Shown here piece by piece: positions 59,535 through 64,000 of a stretch of 64,000 nt of DNA. The translations under genes and the position numbers were made by a program. The first letter of the stretch is position 1. Each line of letters opens with the position of its first letter. Origin of the DNA: an uncultured archaeon (GTDB lineage Archaea; EX4484-52; LFW-46). The notes beneath the pieces were generated by a model that searched no databases, had not been told where the DNA came from, and saw only the letters and a list, made by a program, of their open reading frames with translations. The stretch spans positions 3,425 to 67,424 of the forward strand of contig CABMCT010000031.1 in the NCBI GenBank assembly GCA_902384675.1, given 5' to 3'.

Positions 59535-60320
59535 TTAAAGCACCTTAATCACTCCCGGCTTCGGTTCGTAACAAGAACCTTCTTCAAGAAGCTCGTTCAT
59601 TGCGCTTTCTGTGACATTTTCTGGAAGGTTTGCTTTCTCTATTATCGCAGAATATGAAACTCCTTCGCCTTTGTCCAGCTCTCCTATCACTTTGAGAACT
59701 ATTTCCCGGCCTGTTTTGTTGTCAACCGCGACGGCTTCGGTTTCTCCGCCGTCTTTTGCGCTTTCCTCGGCTTCAAGAATTCCCTCGACATCGTTCTCGT
59801 CGATTTTGTGCTTTTCAAACATTTCTTTTTTCAGCTCGTCAACCGGAAGATTCTTGTTCTCAAGCACAAGCTTGCGCTTCTGTGCCCATTTTTTTGTAAA
59901 AAGAAGTATTTCAAGCTTTCGCATGGACTCAAAGTTAGGGTCGCTGACAGGCGCCACAACTTCGGGCACAAGGTATCTTTCGTCGTTATACTCGCGCACT
60001 TTTCCGACAAAATCCACAACGTCGCCCACTTTTACATTTGCAAGCGGGGCTGTGTCCTGGAATGCCTTTGAGCGCACAATTCCCGTGCCGTCGTCAAGCA
60101 CGATGAAGGCGTATTTCTTGTCTTCTGTAATATAGGTATTGATTACTGTTGCAAGAACATGCACGCGCGAAAGCCGCAGGCCGTAATTAGTCAGGACATA
60201 GCTCGGGTTAAACCCTCCCAAAGAAACGAATTTTCCGCTAACAATGTCCTTTATTCTTGCTTTGTATGCCGTCAGCCGGCGCTTTTCTTTTTCAATACGA
60301 ATCACCGTTCGATTACCCAA
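59535..60320 (-). CDS. RPA32-like OB-fold plus C-terminal wH protein; start uncertain
   Basis: LDDGTG, GKVREY, EGxxYEPKPG. Confidence 0.85.
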   Translation of the reverse strand: MGNRTVIRIEKEKRRLTAYKARIKDIVSGKFVSLGGFNPSYVLTNYGLRLSRVHVLATVINTYITEDKKYAFIVLDDGTGIVRSKAFQDTAPLANVKVGDVVDFVGKVREYNDERYLVPEVVAPVSDPNFESMRKLEILLFTKKWAQKRKLVLENKNLPVDELKKEMFEKHKIDENDVEGILEAEESAKDGGETEAVAVDNKTGREIVLKVIGELDKGEGVSYSAIIEKANLPENVTESAMNELLEEGSCYEPKPGVIKVL

Positions 60321-60400
60321 TATAGAAGATATTCGTCGTCCTATGTTTAAAAAGATAACTGCTGTGGATTGCCGATAGATATGCGACTATCAAGAAAGAA

Positions 60401-60853
60401 TCAGAGCACTAGCTCATTTATCCATGTGTTGATAGGTTTATAGGAACGTTGTTTTACAAGCATTATTTCTGTCAGAAGATTTTCAAATTCAGAAACATAT
60501 TTTTTGGCATCTGCGATATCCGTTTGAACTTTTTCATAGTCCCAAAGCCCATCGCCGTGAACTCTGAAAAAACCGGCTGACCCAACATACGCTTCGGCTT
60601 TGGCTATATAATCTCGCATATCGCTAATTTCATTTTTTATTCCTTCTGTATTCTCGAAATTTGCTCGTCCGGCGCGTAAATTCCTTAGGCATTCCGTGCA
60701 CTCTATCTCGCCTATATATTTAGCATTATTAGCCTTTAACGCTTCATCAAAATAATTATTTTCAATAATGACTTCTTCTATATTTCCATAGCTGACCAAA
60801 TGTACGTTTACCTTCTTTGCTTCATCAGATCTTTTCTTGGTTGTCATAACCAA
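60401..60853 (-). CDS. Hypothetical protein
   Basis: 150-aa ORF. Confidence 0.55.
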   Translation of the reverse strand: MVMTTKKRSDEAKKVNVHLVSYGNIEEVIIENNYFDEALKANNAKYIGEIECTECLRNLRAGRANFENTEGIKNEISDMRDYIAKAEAYVGSAGFFRVHGDGLWDYEKVQTDIADAKKYVSEFENLLTEIMLVKQRSYKPINTWINELVL

Positions 60854-60910
60854 TCAATGACCATCTATCTTTTTAAATCTTTTCTCGCGCTAAGTTGAGA
60901 AGGCGCGTTT

Positions 60911-61864
60911 ATGAAACCCAAGCCCCTTAAAATCGACAACCTCAAGATAGATACGCCGCTTATTCTTGCCCCGATGTGCGATGTTTCGCGCGCTCCGTAC
61001 CGCCTTCTTTGCAAAGAATTCGGCGCAGGGCTGGCATATTCGGAAATGCTTGAGGCAGGAAAATTCAAGATGGACCGAAAGCAGTTTGATGATTTTATTG
61101 AAGAGGAGCGTCCGGTAGGCGCGCAGATTGTCGGCAATAACGCAGATAATATCAAGTCACTGGTCGAATCGATTCAGGATAAGGTCGACATCATCGATTT
61201 TAATGCAGGCTGCTCAAAGCGCAGATACATTGCAAGAAAATGGGGCGGCTGGTTTTCGGGGCATCCGGAAGAGCTTGGAAAAATCCTTTCAAAAACGCGG
61301 GACTTCGTGAATCTTCCCTTGACAGTAAAAGTGCGCCTTGGCATGAACCGGAAAGAGCCTGAGATTTTCCGGATTCTCGAGCTTTGCGAAGATATCGGGA
61401 TTGACGCGATTGCGATTCACGCGCGTTTTGTTGCGCACAATTATCTTGATAAGGCGGACTGGAATCTGCTAAAGAAAATAAAAGATGTTGCAAATATTCC
61501 TGTCATTGCAAACGGCGATATTTTTTCTGCAAAAGATGCGGTACGCGCTTTTCAGGAAACCGGATGCGACGCCGTCATGATTGGCCGCGGCGCGATGGGA
61601 AACCCGTTTGTTTTCAGCGACGCTAAACTCGCGATTGCTGGAAAGGATTATCCCAAAGAGCATTCCCTGGAAGAGCGGCTTTCGGCATTCTCCCGATTTC
61701 TGTCCTATTATAAAAAGTATTCGCAAAAACAGAATTTCGCCGAGATAAAGGCGCAGGCAACGTGGTTTACAGTAGGCGCGCCCGGAACCCGTAAGTTAAG
61801 GGTCGATATACAGAAAGCTAAAAACGAAGATGAACTAATGCATATTTTAAAATTAGGCTCTTAG
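60911..61864 (+). CDS. dus: tRNA-dihydrouridine synthase
   Basis: LAPM, DFNAGC, TVKVRLG, IHAR, ANGDI, MIGRGAMGNP. Confidence 0.93.
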   Translation: MKPKPLKIDNLKIDTPLILAPMCDVSRAPYRLLCKEFGAGLAYSEMLEAGKFKMDRKQFDDFIEEERPVGAQIVGNNADNIKSLVESIQDKVDIIDFNAGCSKRRYIARKWGGWFSGHPEELGKILSKTRDFVNLPLTVKVRLGMNRKEPEIFRILELCEDIGIDAIAIHARFVAHNYLDKADWNLLKKIKDVANIPVIANGDIFSAKDAVRAFQETGCDAVMIGRGAMGNPFVFSDAKLAIAGKDYPKEHSLEERLSAFSRFLSYYKKYSQKQNFAEIKAQATWFTVGAPGTRKLRVDIQKAKNEDELMHILKLGS

Positions 61865-62229
61865 ATGCATTTATTTAGGCACCTGTATTGCGCGTCTATG
61901 ATGTTGTCGGCTGCTTTTTTATACGTTTGCAGATCAGCATCCAGTCCTCTTAAAAACTGCCTTTGCGCTTCAGTAAGCGGAATTGTTTCGCTGTCTGAAG
62001 CCGCTTTCGGATTGCCTAACAGGTCGGCCACAAACCAGAATATTTTATGAGCGCCATTTTTCCCGTATTTTTTAATCTGCGCTTCAACTTCGGTTTTAAA
62101 GGCTCCATCTCCTTCGATTAATGCATCAAGCGCGCCATTCCATCCGATGAATCTTGCGTCAATCTGATTTTCATACGGCACGTTCCTTTCGTCAGGGCTG
62201 CAATAAATATGCTTTGCAGAGTTTTGCAT
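61861..62229 (-). CDS. Hypothetical protein
   Basis: 122-aa ORF with TTTAAA box upstream. Confidence 0.55.
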   Translation of the reverse strand: MQNSAKHIYCSPDERNVPYENQIDARFIGWNGALDALIEGDGAFKTEVEAQIKKYGKNGAHKIFWFVADLLGNPKAASDSETIPLTEAQRQFLRGLDADLQTYKKAADNIIDAQYRCLNKCI

Positions 62230-62318
62230 GATGTATAATTTCTTCTGAAATTTAAATACTTTACGGTAGTTACGTAAGTCAATTAATTATTTATAAATTA
62301 CCGGCACCTATTTAACAG

Positions 62319-62867
62319 ATGAAATGCGCAAACTGCCCGACAAAAGAATGTAATCTCGGAAAGGACTGCCTCGGTAATTCGCCAAAATACAAGGCGCTTT
62401 ACACCGGCAAATATTCCGCCATGATAAAATCTTCTGCAGAAGTGATTCGCGAGGCGCACAGCAAGTTAAACAGGCTTGATGAAATAATATTGTTCTCAAA
62501 GAAAATGAATTATACAAAACTCGGTGTGGTGTTTTGTATCGCCACTAAAAGAGAAGCGGAGATACTGGCCAATAAATTAAAAAACGATTTCGAGGTATAT
62601 TCGGTTTGCTGCAAGGTAAATGGCATTGATAAAAAAGACATCGGCACAGTAAACACAATCGACGATAAGAAGGAAGTGAGCTGCAATCCCTGCTGCCAGG
62701 CCGACGTTTTAAATGGGTTGCATACGGATTTGAATATAATACTCGGCTTATGTGTCGGCCATGATATCCTTTTCCAGGCGGGGAGTAAAGCTCCTTGCAC
62801 AACATTGCTGGTGAAGGACAGGGTTAATGAAAATTGCACTTCAAAAATATTTTTACCGAGCCATTAA
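62319..62867 (+). CDS. DUF1847-like Cys-rich metal-binding protein
   Basis: CANC, FCI, VCCK, CNP, GLCVGHD, VKDRV. Confidence 0.85.
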   Translation: MKCANCPTKECNLGKDCLGNSPKYKALYTGKYSAMIKSSAEVIREAHSKLNRLDEIILFSKKMNYTKLGVVFCIATKREAEILANKLKNDFEVYSVCCKVNGIDKKDIGTVNTIDDKKEVSCNPCCQADVLNGLHTDLNIILGLCVGHDILFQAGSKAPCTTLLVKDRVNENCTSKIFLPSH

Positions 62868-62881
62868 CCTATTTCTTAAAA

Positions 62882-62953
62882 TGGACTTGCCGGGAATCGA
62901 ACCCGGAGCCTCCGCCATGCCATGGCGGCGTCATACCGTTAGACCACAAGCCC
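62882..62953 (-). tRNA. tRNA-Ala(GGC)
   Basis: GGGCTTG/CAAGTCC acceptor with G3-U70; CCGCC-ATGGCAT-GGCGG anticodon arm. Confidence 0.95.
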
Positions 62954-62968
62954 AATAAATTATATCTT

Positions 62969-63553
62969 CTACTCTCCGAACATCACTTTGATTCCGCAGT
63001 TCGGGCAGATTTTCTCATTTGTCTTAAATCCGCAAGCCGTGCATTTTCCTGTCCAGGCAATCTCCCTTTTTATGCCTTCCTGCATTACGCCGGAATATTC
63101 CAATTTCAAGACTTTTGCAAGATTCTGCACGCCGTAATCATCGGTTATTATTACCGCGCTTTTTCCCTTTTTCTTAAAATCAAGGGCAAGCGCAACAATC
63201 AAGACATCTGTTTTTGACAATTTGTCCTGCGTCTTTTCCCGTGCTTTTTCAGCCTCGCCGATGCTTTCTTTTGTCGGCTCAAGTATTTGTAGGCCCGAAA
63301 GCATGAACCTGTCGATTTCAATTGCTGCAGGCGTTGATTTCATCTCCTCTACAACGCCGTAAACAGTGACGCATGGCTTTTCCGCGAATATCGACTGCAT
63401 GCCGTGTAAAAATACGTTTGAATCAAGTATGTAAATCATCTCGTTTCGCTCGCGCTCCACTCGAAGCTTTTGAGGATTTTGGGACATAGGGTTCCCGAAA
63501 GCTTGACGCAACGCGTCATGACACCCTTCCCTCAAAATTTGTTCTTTTTGCAT
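62969..63553 (-). CDS. nob1: Nob1 endonuclease (PIN plus Zn ribbon) with a 34-aa in-frame repeat insertion
   Basis: YILDSN, LSKTD, TDDYGVQN, CTAC...CPNCG. Confidence 0.9.
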   Translation of the reverse strand: MQKEQILREGCHDALRQAFGNPMSQNPQKLRVERERNEMIYILDSNVFLHGMQSIFAEKPCVTVYGVVEEMKSTPAAIEIDRFMLSGLQILEPTKESIGEAEKAREKTQDKLSKTDVLIVALALDFKKKGKSAVIITDDYGVQNLAKVLKLEYSGVMQEGIKREIAWTGKCTACGFKTNEKICPNCGIKVMFGE

Positions 63554-63629
63554 GAGATTATAGAGGCGGGAAAATATAAAAACCATTGCCAATTAATAAA
63601 TATATAAACTTATAACACCGTTATATATT

Positions 63630-64000
63630 ATGCCAAAAATCTATATGGACCACGGAGCCACAACTCCTGTTGATACTGAAGTCTTGAAGGCGATGCAGCC
63701 TTATTTTTCAAAGAAATTCGGCAATGCGTCAAGCCTGCACCAGTTCGGTACTGAGGCGGCAGAAGCGCTCAAAGTTTCCCGCAAAACTATAGCGCAAGCC
63801 ATCAACGCGGAAGAGGACGAAATCATTTTCACATCTGGGGGAACGGAATCGAATAATATGGTCCTAAAAGGCATTGCATTCGCCAACAAAGATAAAGGAA
63901 AGCACATAATCACCACGAAAGTGGAGCATGACTGCATTCTTAATGCTTCAAAATGGCTCCAAAATCAAGGATTTGAAGTGACGTATCTTCCTGTCGATAA
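63630..64000 (+). CDS. iscS: IscS/NifS cysteine desulfurase, 5' part
   Basis: IYMDHGATTP, FGNASSLH, FTSGGTESNN, EH. Confidence 0.93.
   Translation, partial: MPKIYMDHGATTPVDTEVLKAMQPYFSKKFGNASSLHQFGTEAAEALKVSRKTIAQAINAEEDEIIFTSGGTESNNMVLKGIAFANKDKGKHIITTKVEHDCILNASKWLQNQGFEVTYLPVD

Noticed and set aside
1-64000. CRISPR array
   Set aside because: No regularly spaced identical repeats with unique spacers, and no cas genes.

Overview
Archaeal chromosome segment, probably from a DPANN-type lineage (inferred from gene content: FEN1, Rpo7/Spt4, eS24, eS31, Nob1, RPA-like, ABCE1, RtcB, class III pilins, K+-independent membrane PPase). It holds about 75 protein genes, three tRNAs, RNase P RNA, a C/D-box sRNA, five toxin-antitoxin-like pairs and a glycan synthesis operon. 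Two things stand out. (1) A family of modular, nesting palindromic repeats (ATCATG-stem-CAAGCTTT-stem-AAAGCCGAGAG..GAACGGAT) occurs at over 20 loci in both orientations. Copies lie in frame inside at least 8 proteins, inside a 173-nt tRNA-Arg intron, inside RNase P RNA, and around the ribosome-binding site and start codon of five genes. (2) Several ORF-poor regions are packed with hairpins whose G-U pairs all read on the + strand. The largest (20860-22436) has a TATA box, an oligo-T end and colinear 5'/3' end pairing, which suggests a single structured RNA of about 1.57 kb. It lies between a HerA/VirB4-like ATPase and a tRNA-Asp with an unusual ATC anticodon, in a block where three promoters share one operator-like site. 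All calls are by eye, with no database searches or folding runs. Some homopolymer frameshifts and odd substitutions suggest possible assembly errors.
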